Under the pieces are notes generated by a model, which was given only the letters and a program-made list of their open reading frames with translations, did not search any database and was not told where the DNA came from. A stretch of 64,000 nt of DNA from Alphaproteobacteria bacterium (GTDB lineage: Bacteria; Pseudomonadota; Alphaproteobacteria; SP197). A program made the translations under genes and the position numbers. Shown piece after piece: positions 48,922 to 58,571 of this stretch (position 1 is its first letter; the number at the start of each line of letters is the position of its first letter). Location of the stretch: positions 3,936,001-4,000,000 of the forward strand of contig OZ245842.1 in assembly GCA_965228895.1 (NCBI GenBank). The letters run 5' to 3'.

Positions 48922-49731
48922 ATGAACGAAGCACACGAAATCAACAAAAAGTGGTGGAACGAGGTCACGCCGGTGCATGTCGACAGCGACTTCTACGCGG
49001 TCGACCGGTTTCTCGCCGGCGAGAACAAGCTGGGCAAAGTCGAGCGCGACGCGGTCGGCGATGTCACCGGCAAGCGGCTCCTGCATCTGCAGTGTCACTT
49101 CGGCATGGACACGATGTCGTGGGCCAGGCTGGGCGCTAAGGAAGCGATCGGCGTCGACTTTTCTGAAGAGGCCGTCAAGGCGGCGACCGACCTCGCAGAG
49201 AAAGCGGGCCTTTCGGACCGCGCGCGTTTCGTCGAAGGCGATGTTCAGGAGATCGGAGAGGTCGAGGGCGGCAATTTCGACGTCATCTTTACGTCCTTCG
49301 GCACCATCGTGTGGCTGTCGGATCTGAAGAAGTGGGGCCAGACGATCGCCCGGAACCTCGCCAAGGACGGTTTCTTCTATTTCCTCGATAGTCATCCGAC
49401 CTATCTGATGTACGACGAGGCCAAGAGCGACCTGACGCTGGCCTACGACTACTTCCATAACGCGGAGCCGATCGTCGATCCGCCCGGCAGCGTGAGTTAT
49501 GCCGACGAGACCTACACGATCCAATCGGGTACCCACGAGTTCCAGTGGCCGCTTGAGGACATGTACGGCGCGTTGGAGGCCGCGGGTCTGACCGTGTTCG
49601 AGACACGCGAGTACCCGTTCGGCGCCTGGCGCATGTTCCCGGACATGGAGATCGCCGAGGACGGCTATTGGTACCGCAAGCAGGCCGGCCTGCGCATACC
49701 CCTGCTGCTCGGCTTTAAGGCACGCTGGTAA
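48922..49731 (+). CDS. Class I SAM-dependent methyltransferase
   Basis: LLHLQCHFGMDT, GVDFS, FDVIFTSFG. Confidence 0.9.
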   Translation: MNEAHEINKKWWNEVTPVHVDSDFYAVDRFLAGENKLGKVERDAVGDVTGKRLLHLQCHFGMDTMSWARLGAKEAIGVDFSEEAVKAATDLAEKAGLSDRARFVEGDVQEIGEVEGGNFDVIFTSFGTIVWLSDLKKWGQTIARNLAKDGFFYFLDSHPTYLMYDEAKSDLTLAYDYFHNAEPIVDPPGSVSYADETYTIQSGTHEFQWPLEDMYGALEAAGLTVFETREYPFGAWRMFPDMEIAEDGYWYRKQAGLRIPLLLGFKARW

Positions 49732-49773
49732 GGCCGTGACGGCCCCTCACCGGGGCCGCTCACAGCTCGACCA

Positions 49774-49802
49774 TTGACATAAGGATATCTTTATATCCTA
49801 AT
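49774..49802 (+). promoter_or_regulatory. Promoter (TTGACA at 49774) overlapped by the SahR-type palindrome ACATAAGGATATCTTTATAT (49777-49796)
   Basis: Imperfect 20-bp palindrome centred on GATATC immediately upstream of sahR-metF. Confidence 0.75.
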
Positions 49803-49808
49803 GTCCAC

Positions 49809-50786
49809 ATGCTGAATGAAACGACCTTCGACACGATGCTCGCCGCCCTCAAGGCGGTCGGCGAGCCGACGCGGCTGCGCCTGCTGTGCTTGTGCGCCCA
49901 TAACGACCTCACCGTTTCCGAGCTGGTGCAGATCCTCGGCCAGAGCCAGCCCAGGATCTCACGTCACCTGAAATTGCTCTGCGAGGCCGGCCTTTTGGAA
50001 CGGCGCAGCGAAGGCAACTGGGCCTATTTCCGTGTCACAGATCGGGGCGCGACGGCCGATCTCAGCCGCCACTTGGTCGACCTCCTGGGCCCTGGCGACA
50101 CGGTGCTGCAGGGCGATCTCGAGCGCCTGGAAAGCCTGATACGCGCGCGCATCGAACGCGCCGACGCCTACTTCGCGGAGAACGCCGCGCGCTGGCATGA
50201 CATCCGTTCGCTCTATGTCGATGAAGCCGAAATCGAACGCTGCCTGATCGACGCCATGATGAACGAGACCGTCGACGACCTGCTCGATATCGGGACCGGT
50301 ACCGGGCGCATGGTCGAACTTTTGGCGCCGCGGGTCGGCCGCGCCATCGGGGTTGATCAGTCGCGCGCCATGCTGCAGGTCGCGCGCGCCAATCTCGAAC
50401 GCCACGGCATCAAGAACGGATCGGTCCAGCGCGCCAACATGTACAGCCTGCCCATGGCGCCGCGTTCGTTCGACGGCATCGTCATGCATCAGGTTCTGCA
50501 CTATGCCGAGCGGCCGGGCGAGGCGATCGCCGAGGCCGGCCGCGTGCTGCGCGACGGCGCGCCGCTCGCCATCGTCGACTTTGCCCGTCACGAGCGGGCC
50601 GACCTGCGCGACGCCCACGCCCATCGCTGGCTCGGCTTCGATTCCGACGACATCGCCACATGGGCGAAACGCGCCGGGCTTGCGGTCGACCGTACCGTCG
50701 ACCTGCCGGGCGCCGAGCTCACCGTTCTCATCTGGATTCTTCGCCGCACACCCACCGACACCCGACCGAACAGGAGTGCCCGATGA
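49809..50786 (+). CDS. sahR: ArsR-HTH + methyltransferase-domain regulator (SahR)
   Basis: EPTRLRLL...GQSQPRISRHLKLL HTH; LLDIGTGTG; HQVLHY; overlaps metF. Confidence 0.85.
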   Translation: MLNETTFDTMLAALKAVGEPTRLRLLCLCAHNDLTVSELVQILGQSQPRISRHLKLLCEAGLLERRSEGNWAYFRVTDRGATADLSRHLVDLLGPGDTVLQGDLERLESLIRARIERADAYFAENAARWHDIRSLYVDEAEIERCLIDAMMNETVDDLLDIGTGTGRMVELLAPRVGRAIGVDQSRAMLQVARANLERHGIKNGSVQRANMYSLPMAPRSFDGIVMHQVLHYAERPGEAIAEAGRVLRDGAPLAIVDFARHERADLRDAHAHRWLGFDSDDIATWAKRAGLAVDRTVDLPGAELTVLIWILRRTPTDTRPNRSAR

Positions 50787-51688
50787 CCTCAACGCCCGAC
50801 TTGGCTCCATGGAGCGAGCGCGTTCACCCGCTGGCCCTGCCCCATGTCTCCTTCGAGTTCTTCCCGCCAAAGAGCCGCAAGATGGAAGGCGTGCTGTGGC
50901 GCGAGATCAAGCGGCTGGAGCCGCTGGCGCCGCGCTTCGTCTCGGTCACGTTCGGTGCCGGCGGCGGCACGCGCGACACGACCCAGGCAACGGTCACGCG
51001 CATCCGCCAGGAGACGCGCCTGCAGCCCGCCGCGCATCTTACCTGCGTCGGTCTGACGACCATGGAGGTCGACGACATCGCGCGCTGCTATTGGGAAGCC
51101 GACATCAAACACATCGTCGCCCTGCGCGGCGATCTGCCGGGTGACGGCAGCGATGCGATCACGAGACAACGCTATCATTCGGCGGCGGAGCTGGTCGCGG
51201 GTCTGCGTGACGTCGCCGACTTCGACATCTCGGTCGCCGCCTATCCGGAGGTCCATCCGGACGCGGCCAGCCCCGGCGCCGATCTCGACAACCTCAAACG
51301 CAAACTCGATGCGGGCGCGACGCGCGCGATCACGCAGTTCTTTTTCGATCCCGATCTCTTCCTCGACTTTGTCGAGCGTGCCCGCGCCGCCGGCATTACG
51401 GCGCCGATCGTGCCGGGCATCCTGCCGGTCACCAACATCCAGCGCACCATTGCCTTCGCCGAGCGCTGTGGCGCCACCGTGCCGGGCTGGCTGATTGCGC
51501 TGTTCGACGGCATTGCGCCCGACGACGAGGAGACGACCAACCTGGTCGGTGCTGTCGCCGCGGCGGAACTGTGCCGCTATCTGCAGGCGCGCGGGATCGA
51601 AGAGTTCCACTTCTACACCCTCAACCGCGCCGACCTGACGACAGCGATCTGCCGCATTCTGCAAACGCCAGTGCTCACCACGACCTAG
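50783..51688 (+). CDS. metF: 5,10-methylenetetrahydrofolate reductase
   Basis: SFEFFPPK, AAHLTCVG, ALRGD, AAYPEVHP, AITQFFF, HFYTLNR. Confidence 0.97.
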   Translation: MTSTPDLAPWSERVHPLALPHVSFEFFPPKSRKMEGVLWREIKRLEPLAPRFVSVTFGAGGGTRDTTQATVTRIRQETRLQPAAHLTCVGLTTMEVDDIARCYWEADIKHIVALRGDLPGDGSDAITRQRYHSAAELVAGLRDVADFDISVAAYPEVHPDAASPGADLDNLKRKLDAGATRAITQFFFDPDLFLDFVERARAAGITAPIVPGILPVTNIQRTIAFAERCGATVPGWLIALFDGIAPDDEETTNLVGAVAAAELCRYLQARGIEEFHFYTLNRADLTTAICRILQTPVLTTT

Positions 51689-51770
51689 GCGGAACCGCCA
51701 AAGGCAATTCCACTCGACTGCCATCTGCTCTAGGTTCGCGGGTCCGTTCGTCACTCGTGGAGTTGGCCCC

Positions 51771-52616
51771 GTGCGTTTTGAAGGTACCGATACCTATGTT
51801 GCGACCGAGGATCTTGCGGTCAGCGTCAATGCCGCCATCGCGCTGGAGCGCCCGCTCCTGATCAAGGGCGAGCCCGGCACCGGCAAGACGATCCTGGCCG
51901 CCGAAATCGCCAAGTCGCTGGGCCGCAACCTCATCGAGTGGACGATCAAGTCGACCACCAAGGCCCAGCACGGGCTCTATGAGTACGACGCCGTGGCGCG
52001 CCTGCGCGACGGCCAGTTGGGCGACGAGCGCGTGCACGATATCGCCAACTACATCGTGCCTGGCAAGCTGTGGCAGGCCTTTGTCGCCGGCGACACGCCG
52101 GTCCTTTTGATCGACGAGATCGACAAGGCCGATATCGAGTTTCCCAATGACCTCTTGCAGGAACTCGACCGCATGGAGTTCTTCGTTCACGAGACCCAGG
52201 AGACGGTGCGCGCACAGCAGCGCCCGATCGTCGTCATTACGTCGAACAACGAAAAGGAGCTGCCCGACGCCTTCCTGCGCCGATGTTTCTTCCACTACAT
52301 CCGCTTCCCCGACGCCGACACCATGGCGCAGATCGTCGAGGTCCATCACCCGCAGATCAAACCGCGCCTGGTCAGCGAAGCGCTCAACGTCTTCTTCGAA
52401 CTGCGCGACGTGCCTGGCCTGAAGAAGAAACCGTCGACCTCTGAGCTGCTCGATTGGCTGAAGCTTTTGATGGTCGAGGATCTGCCCCCCGACGCACTAC
52501 GCGCACAGGACACAGGTTCGCTCATTCCGCCGCTCTATGGCGCGCTGCTCAAATCCGAGCAAGACGTCCACTTGCTGGAGCGTCTGGCGTTCCTCGATAG
52601 GCGCGAGCGCGGATAA
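51771..52616 (+). CDS. MoxR family AAA+ ATPase (CoxD-like)
   Basis: GEPGTGKT, LLIDEIDKADIEFPNDLL, ELPDAFLRRC. Confidence 0.93.
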   Translation: MRFEGTDTYVATEDLAVSVNAAIALERPLLIKGEPGTGKTILAAEIAKSLGRNLIEWTIKSTTKAQHGLYEYDAVARLRDGQLGDERVHDIANYIVPGKLWQAFVAGDTPVLLIDEIDKADIEFPNDLLQELDRMEFFVHETQETVRAQQRPIVVITSNNEKELPDAFLRRCFFHYIRFPDADTMAQIVEVHHPQIKPRLVSEALNVFFELRDVPGLKKKPSTSELLDWLKLLMVEDLPPDALRAQDTGSLIPPLYGALLKSEQDVHLLERLAFLDRRERG

Positions 52617-52644
52617 GCCATGCTCAACTGTCGTCGAAACGGCT

Positions 52645-52713
52645 CCAGCCCGCTCCCCCTCCCGGCCACCCCGAGGATGCTGCCATGGGTGGCCGGGAGG
52701 GGGAGCCGGCTGG
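52645..52713. repeat. Long inverted repeat (27-bp arms, one mismatch), REP-like
   Basis: CCAGCC-C-GCTCCCCCTCCCGGCCACCC, 15-nt loop, GGGTGGCCGGGAGGGGGAGC-C-GGCTGG. Confidence 0.75.
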
Positions 52714-52745
52714 CGATGCCAGCTAGATCGAGAAGGCGTTAGCCG

Positions 52746-53924
52746 ATGTTCGTCACGCTGTTCACCGAATTGCGTGATGCCGGCGTACCGGTTTCGCTGA
52801 GGGAGTATCTCGATCTCCTGGAGGCGACCGATTACGGCCTCGCCAACTACAAGGTCGACGATTTCTACTATCTCTCGCGCACGGCGCTGGTGAAGGACGA
52901 GAAGTATCTCGACCGCTTCGACCAGGTGTTCGGTCATGTCTTCAAGGGCCTTGAAGCGCCCGACGGCGAGGAGGGCACGGCCGAGATCCCCGAGGAGTGG
53001 CTCAAACGCCTCGCCGAACTGAACCTGACCGACGAAGAGAAAGCCGCGATCGAGGCCATGGGCGGTTTCGAGAAACTCATGGAAACGCTGAAGCAGCGCA
53101 TGGAGGAGCAGGAGAAGCGCCACCAGGGCGGCAGCAAGTGGATCGGCACCGCCGGCACCTCGCCGTTCGGCGCCTATGGCTACAATCCCGAGGGCATCCG
53201 CATCGGCCAGGACGGCAACCGCAACTTCAGCGCCGTCAAGGTGTGGGACAAGCGCGACTTCCGCGACCTCGACGGCGAGTCGGAAATCGGCACGCGCAAC
53301 ATCAAGGTCGCGCTGCGCCGCCTGCGCCGCTTCGCCCGAGAAGGCGCGGCCGACGAACTGGATATCGACGACACCATCCGTTCGACCGCCAAGAATGGCG
53401 GCTGGCTGGATCTCAAAATGGTGCCCGAGCGCCACAACGCGGTGAAGGTGCTGCTGCTGCTCGATATCGGCGGCTCGATGGACTGGCACATCCGCGCCTG
53501 CGAGGAGCTGTTCAGCGCCGCGCGCACGGAGTTCAAGCACCTCGAGCACTACTACTTCCACAACTGTCTCTACGAAAGCGTGTGGCGCGAGAACGCGCGC
53601 CGCCACCGCCAGCGCACGCCGACCTACGACCTCATGCACACCTATCCCGCCGACTACAAATTGGTCTTCGTCGGCGATGCCTCGATGAGCCCATACGAGA
53701 TCGCCGTGCCCGGCGGCAGCGTCGAGCACATGAACGACGAGCCGGGCGAGCTCTGGCTGCGCCGCATGCTGGCGCTCTACACCAAGGCCGTCTGGCTCAA
53801 CCCGATCCCACAAGACAAGTGGCGCTACACCGGCTCCATCGGCATGATCCGCGAAATCATGGAAGGGCGCATGTTCCCGCTGACCCTCGAAGGTCTCGAC
53901 GACGCCATGCGGGCGTTGGTGTAG
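52746..53924 (+). CDS. VWA-domain protein (CoxE-like), partner of the MoxR ATPase
   Basis: HQGGSKWIGTAGTSPFG, MIDAS-like DIGGSM, YYFHNC, VGDASMSPYEI. Confidence 0.92.
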   Translation: MFVTLFTELRDAGVPVSLREYLDLLEATDYGLANYKVDDFYYLSRTALVKDEKYLDRFDQVFGHVFKGLEAPDGEEGTAEIPEEWLKRLAELNLTDEEKAAIEAMGGFEKLMETLKQRMEEQEKRHQGGSKWIGTAGTSPFGAYGYNPEGIRIGQDGNRNFSAVKVWDKRDFRDLDGESEIGTRNIKVALRRLRRFAREGAADELDIDDTIRSTAKNGGWLDLKMVPERHNAVKVLLLLDIGGSMDWHIRACEELFSAARTEFKHLEHYYFHNCLYESVWRENARRHRQRTPTYDLMHTYPADYKLVFVGDASMSPYEIAVPGGSVEHMNDEPGELWLRRMLALYTKAVWLNPIPQDKWRYTGSIGMIREIMEGRMFPLTLEGLDDAMRALV

Positions 53925-53973
53925 ACACCAACAGCGACCCGGCCGGATAGCCGGGACGCGACAGAGGCTTCCT

Positions 53974-54822
53974 CTACTTCCGACGCGACGGCGGTTCGAC
54001 ACCCGTCAGGTGCTTGCGTGCGGTGCGCCACAGCACATCCATAGCTTCGCGATAGGCGACGCCGTCGCGCGCGAGGATACGGCCCCACAGGCCGCTCTCG
54101 TCCGGCAACGTCGAGAGCCCGCAATAGGTGCCCGCGACATCGTCGACGGCTTCGCGCAAGGCAGTGAGCAAGCTGTTGCGGTCATCGTCGGTGACAACAC
54201 CGAAGGAGGCGTGGATCGGGTAACCGGCGGTCACCGCGCCGCCGTCGGCGGCCATCACATCGCCGTCGATCACGAACCGGTCCACTGCCATCACTTGCCC
54301 GCCTCGTGACAGCATGGTCTCCGACGCCAGTTCCGAAAAACGACCGTCCCCGCCTTTCGGATCGTGCATGATGATGCCGTCGCACCAAAGGACCGTCGCG
54401 CCCGGTTCGATGTCGAGCAGCAGCCGCGTCTTCAGCCGGCTCTCAGGAAACAGGATGAGCGCATCGGGCAGATATTCGACAAACGCGCCGTCGCGCGCGA
54501 CGACATGAGCGGTCTGCTCGGCATGGCCTTCGTTCATGGTGTGGACGACCGTCGAGGCCTGGGTCGTTAGATGGACGGCGGCGCCGGGCTCGGCCTCAAC
54601 CGCCATGTCGATACGGTCGCCCTGCAGGATGCCGGCGCCAATCGACTGCACGATCAAGGTCGCCATGCCTTCAGGCTTCGTGTCGAGCGCAAACGGACGG
54701 GTGATGTGAAACGGGAACCCGGCGATCTGGCGCGCCAGAAACGTCGCGCCATCGGGCGCGCGCCGGAACCTCAGGTCAAGTTGGCGGCCGATACGGGAGG
54801 GGTCGCCGAGCGCCCTATTCAT
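53974..54822 (-). CDS. ureD: Urease accessory protein UreD
   Basis: [30 protein letters not shown]; overlaps ureG. Confidence 0.88.
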   Translation of the reverse strand: MNRALGDPSRIGRQLDLRFRRAPDGATFLARQIAGFPFHITRPFALDTKPEGMATLIVQSIGAGILQGDRIDMAVEAEPGAAVHLTTQASTVVHTMNEGHAEQTAHVVARDGAFVEYLPDALILFPESRLKTRLLLDIEPGATVLWCDGIIMHDPKGGDGRFSELASETMLSRGGQVMAVDRFVIDGDVMAADGGAVTAGYPIHASFGVVTDDDRNSLLTALREAVDDVAGTYCGLSTLPDESGLWGRILARDGVAYREAMDVLWRTARKHLTGVEPPSRRK

Positions 54823-55447
54823 CGAACAAGACGTCGCGGGCGATCTGCGCGACGACCGCGTCCAGCCCCTCGCCGGCGCGGCAGTTGGTCACGATCACCG
54901 GTTTGTCGCCGCGAATCTGGCGCGCTTCTTCGACCATCCGGTCGAGGTCGACGCCGACATGAGGCGCCAAATCAGCCTTGTTGATAATCAAGAGATCGGC
55001 CTGGACGACGCCCGGCCCGCGTTTGCGCGGAATATCGCCGCCGCCGGCGACATCGATGACAAAAAGCCAGTAGTCGACCAGCTCGAGCGAAAAGGTCGAG
55101 GCCAGGTTGTCACCACCGGATTCCAGCAGGATGAGATCGAGCGGCGCGAAACGCGCCTCCAGCGTGTCGGCGGCGTCCAGGTTCAGCGTCGGATCTTCGC
55201 GGATCACCGTGTGCGGACAGGCACCCGCTTCGACCGCCAAAACGCGCTCCGGTGCGATCAGGCCGCTTTGGCGCAGACGTTCGGCGTCCTCCTTGGTCAC
55301 CAGATCATTCGTGATAACGGCAAGCGCTGTGCCGCGCGCACCAAAGCGCGGGATCAACTGCTCCACCAGCGCCGTCTTGCCCGAGCCGACCGGCCCGCCA
55401 ATGCCGACGCGCGCCGCTCCGGGTTCGGACGATTGTGCAAGGCTCAT
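54815..55447 (-). CDS. ureG: Urease accessory GTPase UreG
   Basis: [42 protein letters not shown]. Confidence 0.96.
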   Translation of the reverse strand: MSLAQSSEPGAARVGIGGPVGSGKTALVEQLIPRFGARGTALAVITNDLVTKEDAERLRQSGLIAPERVLAVEAGACPHTVIREDPTLNLDAADTLEARFAPLDLILLESGGDNLASTFSLELVDYWLFVIDVAGGGDIPRKRGPGVVQADLLIINKADLAPHVGVDLDRMVEEARQIRGDKPVIVTNCRAGEGLDAVVAQIARDVLFDE

Positions 55448-55465
55448 GTGTCTTCCCCCCGGCGG

Positions 55466-56140
55466 TCAGGTGGCGAACAGACGGGCGTCGCCCGTTTCGT
55501 GACGCATGACGGCGATCTCGGCCGCCGGCGTAAAGGCGTTCGGTCGGTCGGGCACCGGCTGGTCCAGCAACGCCGTGATGTCCTCGCGCAATCCCGCCAG
55601 CAGTGCTTGCGCCTCCATCGGACCCAGAATCGCAAGTCGTATCGCCGCCTGCGTGATGCCGCTGGCGAGCGTAAAGGCGGCGACGGTCTCGATCTCCGCC
55701 AGGGCGAGCCCAGCGCCGGACCAGGCGACCCCCTGGGCCACCGGCAGATGACCATAGGCCTCGCCGCGCTTGACCGCCGCCTGATAGGCCAGCACCCCAG
55801 GCGTCTCCAACTTCGCATGGGCACGCAACAGCGAGCGCCCGGCGCGGCGCGATCCCTCACGCATTTCGGCCGGCAAGGTCAGCGCCTCGACTTCGCGGTC
55901 GAGCGACGCCAAACGGTCGAGATCGTCCGTTACTTCCACGGCGCGACGCAGAAACAGCCGGTCCGATGTGGACCAACGATGGGCCAACTGACTGCGCGCG
56001 AAGGATGCCACGCCTGCCGCATCGTTCACCAAGCTGTCCGCCTTGAGCGTCTCCAGCCCCCATGAAAACGCGAACGCGCCGGATGGAAAGGCGCTGTCGC
56101 CGTGCTGCAGGGCGATCAGGAGGGCTCTCGCGTCAGTCAC
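55466..56140 (-). CDS. ureF: Urease accessory protein UreF
   Basis: DSAFPSGAFAFSWGLE, C-terminal HE....RLFAT; GTG start at 56140 overlapping the ureE end. Confidence 0.92.
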   Translation of the reverse strand: MTDARALLIALQHGDSAFPSGAFAFSWGLETLKADSLVNDAAGVASFARSQLAHRWSTSDRLFLRRAVEVTDDLDRLASLDREVEALTLPAEMREGSRRAGRSLLRAHAKLETPGVLAYQAAVKRGEAYGHLPVAQGVAWSGAGLALAEIETVAAFTLASGITQAAIRLAILGPMEAQALLAGLREDITALLDQPVPDRPNAFTPAAEIAVMRHETGDARLFAT

Positions 56141-56582
56141 GATCGACCACCCGGGCGCGGCCATCGGTCAGGTAAGCATCGAGCCTGTCGAGGTAGACCT
56201 GTTCGGGCCCCTCAAGCGCAATGGCCAGGGTGCCGGCGTTGAAATGGACGCGCCAATGCATGTTGCCGGCGTGATAGCCCAGCTCCAGCGCCGCGGCCGC
56301 GTCGCGCGGTTCCAGGCGCAGCCAGCGTTCGTCAGCGGCGCGCACGACAATGGCCCGATCGTCCTCCAGGAGCAGAACAGCGCCGTCCTCAAGGTCGCGA
56401 TCGCGCGGCAAAGCGACGGCGCACACGGTGCCCTTATCGGTTTCTGCACGCAAGCGGTGTCGAAGCATGTCGCGACGTTCCAGGCGAATCGTCTCGACGG
56501 CGTCGCGATGAGCCAGGTCGTGCAGGCGCTCGTGCAGATCCCCGTCGGTCGCCAGACCGACGATGGTCGTGAGTTTCAGCAT
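56133..56582 (-). CDS. ureE: Urease accessory nickel chaperone UreE (no His-rich tail)
   Basis: RHRLRAETDKG, LEDGAVL, LGYHAGNMHW (GNxH metal-binding motif). Confidence 0.88.
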   Translation of the reverse strand: MLKLTTIVGLATDGDLHERLHDLAHRDAVETIRLERRDMLRHRLRAETDKGTVCAVALPRDRDLEDGAVLLLEDDRAIVVRAADERWLRLEPRDAAAALELGYHAGNMHWRVHFNAGTLAIALEGPEQVYLDRLDAYLTDGRARVVDRD

Positions 56583-56699
56583 GGCCGCCACGATGCCGTC
56601 CGCGGCCGGGTTTCACAAGAGGTCTCGGCCTGGCCGTGTTTCTCCTTGCCACGGCCCATCCGGTCGTGACCAATGGGTTTCCCGCCGCCGGATCCCGTC

Positions 56700-57584
56700 A
56701 TGCGCCTCATCGACATTCTGACCGCCATCGCCGTCCCGATGATCTGGGGTTTCGGCTTCGCGCTGGCCAAGGATGCCTTTGACCAGTTCCCGCCGATCTT
56801 CCTGATGTCCATGCGGTTCGGTTTTGCCGCCCTGGTGCTGATCTGGTTCGTCGGCAGGTTGCGGACAGGTGAAGGACCGCGCCTGGCCCTGATCGCCTTT
56901 GTCGGCGGTACCGTGGCCTATGGCCTCCAGTTCACGGGCCTTGAAGGTCTCGACGCGTCGACCGCAGCACTGATCGTTCAGCTCGAGGTGGTGTTCGCCA
57001 CGATCTTCGCGGCCATCTTTTTGGGCGACCGGATCGGCTGGGTGCGCGCTGCCGCCATGGCATCGGCCTTTATCGGCATCGGCCTGATCGCCGGCGAGCC
57101 CAGCCTGCACAACAGCACCTTTCACCTGACGCTGCTGATCATCGGCGGCATCGCCTGGGCCGGCGGCCAGGTCTTGATCAAGACCCTCGGCGCCTTTGGC
57201 GGTTTGAGGTTGATCGCCTATTTCGCCGTCTTTGCCGCGCCGCAGATGCTGGTCGTCTCGCTGATCGTCGAAGACGGCCAGTGGCAGGCGGTCTCTACTG
57301 CCAGTGCCTTGGACTGGATCAAGGTGCTCTATCTCGCCTTCATCATGACCGCGGCCGGTTATGCTCTGTGGTACCGCCTGATCGGCCATTACCGGCTGAG
57401 CCAGGTTATGCCATTCATCCTGCTGGTGCCGGTGACCAGCGTTGCCGGCGGCATCGTCATGCTGGGCGAGAGCCTGACGTTCAACATTGCGGTGGGCGGT
57501 ATCATCATCATGGGGGCGGTCGCCGCCATTCAGTTGATCCCGCCGCCGCCCGAACGCCGGCCCACCGGCGAGGCGGCGGACTGA
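56700..57584 (+). CDS. EamA/DMT family transporter
   Basis: About 10 hydrophobic helices, IWGFGF, two EamA repeats, LGE. Confidence 0.9.
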   Translation: MRLIDILTAIAVPMIWGFGFALAKDAFDQFPPIFLMSMRFGFAALVLIWFVGRLRTGEGPRLALIAFVGGTVAYGLQFTGLEGLDASTAALIVQLEVVFATIFAAIFLGDRIGWVRAAAMASAFIGIGLIAGEPSLHNSTFHLTLLIIGGIAWAGGQVLIKTLGAFGGLRLIAYFAVFAAPQMLVVSLIVEDGQWQAVSTASALDWIKVLYLAFIMTAAGYALWYRLIGHYRLSQVMPFILLVPVTSVAGGIVMLGESLTFNIAVGGIIIMGAVAAIQLIPPPPERRPTGEAAD

Positions 57585-57860
57585 GATTTCGGGTTCTGGC
57601 TGGCATTACCGGCCCACTCGTTCGGCGTGAAGCCACGGAATCATCACAAAACGTCCCCACTTGCGCCGTGATTGGAGCGCCTCATAGCCTTGCCGGACCA
57701 ACCGCCGGCAACGAGCACAATTGTCGGATACAGCGGCAATCGCGCTCGTGACGCGACGGACCGGGGTGACGCCCTTCAACGTCCCCTGCGCCGCCCGGCA
57801 GCCCCCCGGGTAAGACGCAAACCTCCAAGCCCCGGTTCGTACGCGCCCTTCTTTCATAGT

Positions 57861-58499
57861 CTAGGGATCGAAGGTGACTGTCTCGAAGGCACGCGCCGTC
57901 TTGTCATCCGGCCAAATCACCGGATCGGACGGCTGGGTGGCGGCATCGGTGACCGTCGTGCCCTCGCCAGTCGCCGTCAACAGGACCGTGCCCGCCTCGG
58001 TCGTGACCGAGATCGAGCCTTCCAGCAGCAGAACACCGTAGTTGCCGTCAATCGGCCCGCCCCAGAACTGGGTGCCGCGAATGCCGACCACCGCCAGATT
58101 GGTAAGGACCGTCACGTTGTCAGGGTCCTGTTTGCCAATGTCGCCGGTCGCCATCAGAAACGCACCGGCGATCATGTCGAGCGTGCTGACGCTGTTGTCG
58201 CCGTCGGGATCGTAGACGTAGTCGCTGATCTCCAGCACGGCGTTCTCGCCCAAGGTAACCACCGTGCCGTCGACAAACGTGACCTCAAGGCGCGCCTGGC
58301 GCCCGGTCGACAGCACATCGCCGTCGTAGATGTCCGATCCCGTCTGAAGCGTGCGGTTTTCGTCGACGTTCTTCGCCGTCGCGTCGGCCTGCACCCGTGT
58401 CACCTCGCCGACCCGATCGGCGGCCGCGGCCGGCATGCCAATCGCCAGACCAGCGGCTGCCACGATCACGACGACAAGAAGTCTTTGCAAAACAAACAT
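57861..58499 (-). CDS. Exported FecR-domain protein
   Basis: Signal peptide; VGEVTRVQ, GDVLSTG, FVDGTVVTLGEN, GIRGTQF. Confidence 0.85.
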   Translation of the reverse strand: MFVLQRLLVVVIVAAAGLAIGMPAAAADRVGEVTRVQADATAKNVDENRTLQTGSDIYDGDVLSTGRQARLEVTFVDGTVVTLGENAVLEISDYVYDPDGDNSVSTLDMIAGAFLMATGDIGKQDPDNVTVLTNLAVVGIRGTQFWGGPIDGNYGVLLLEGSISVTTEAGTVLLTATGEGTTVTDAATQPSDPVIWPDDKTARAFETVTFDP

Positions 58500-58571
58500 G
58501 GTTCTTCCCCCGGTTTGACACCCGCTAGATGGCACCGGCGAACCGGCAGGACAACCCGCCGAAGTGTTGCA

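Noticed and set aside
49774-51688. ArsR-methyltransferase fusion with palindrome as a novelty
   Set aside because: Matches the described SahR regulator and sahR-metF arrangement.
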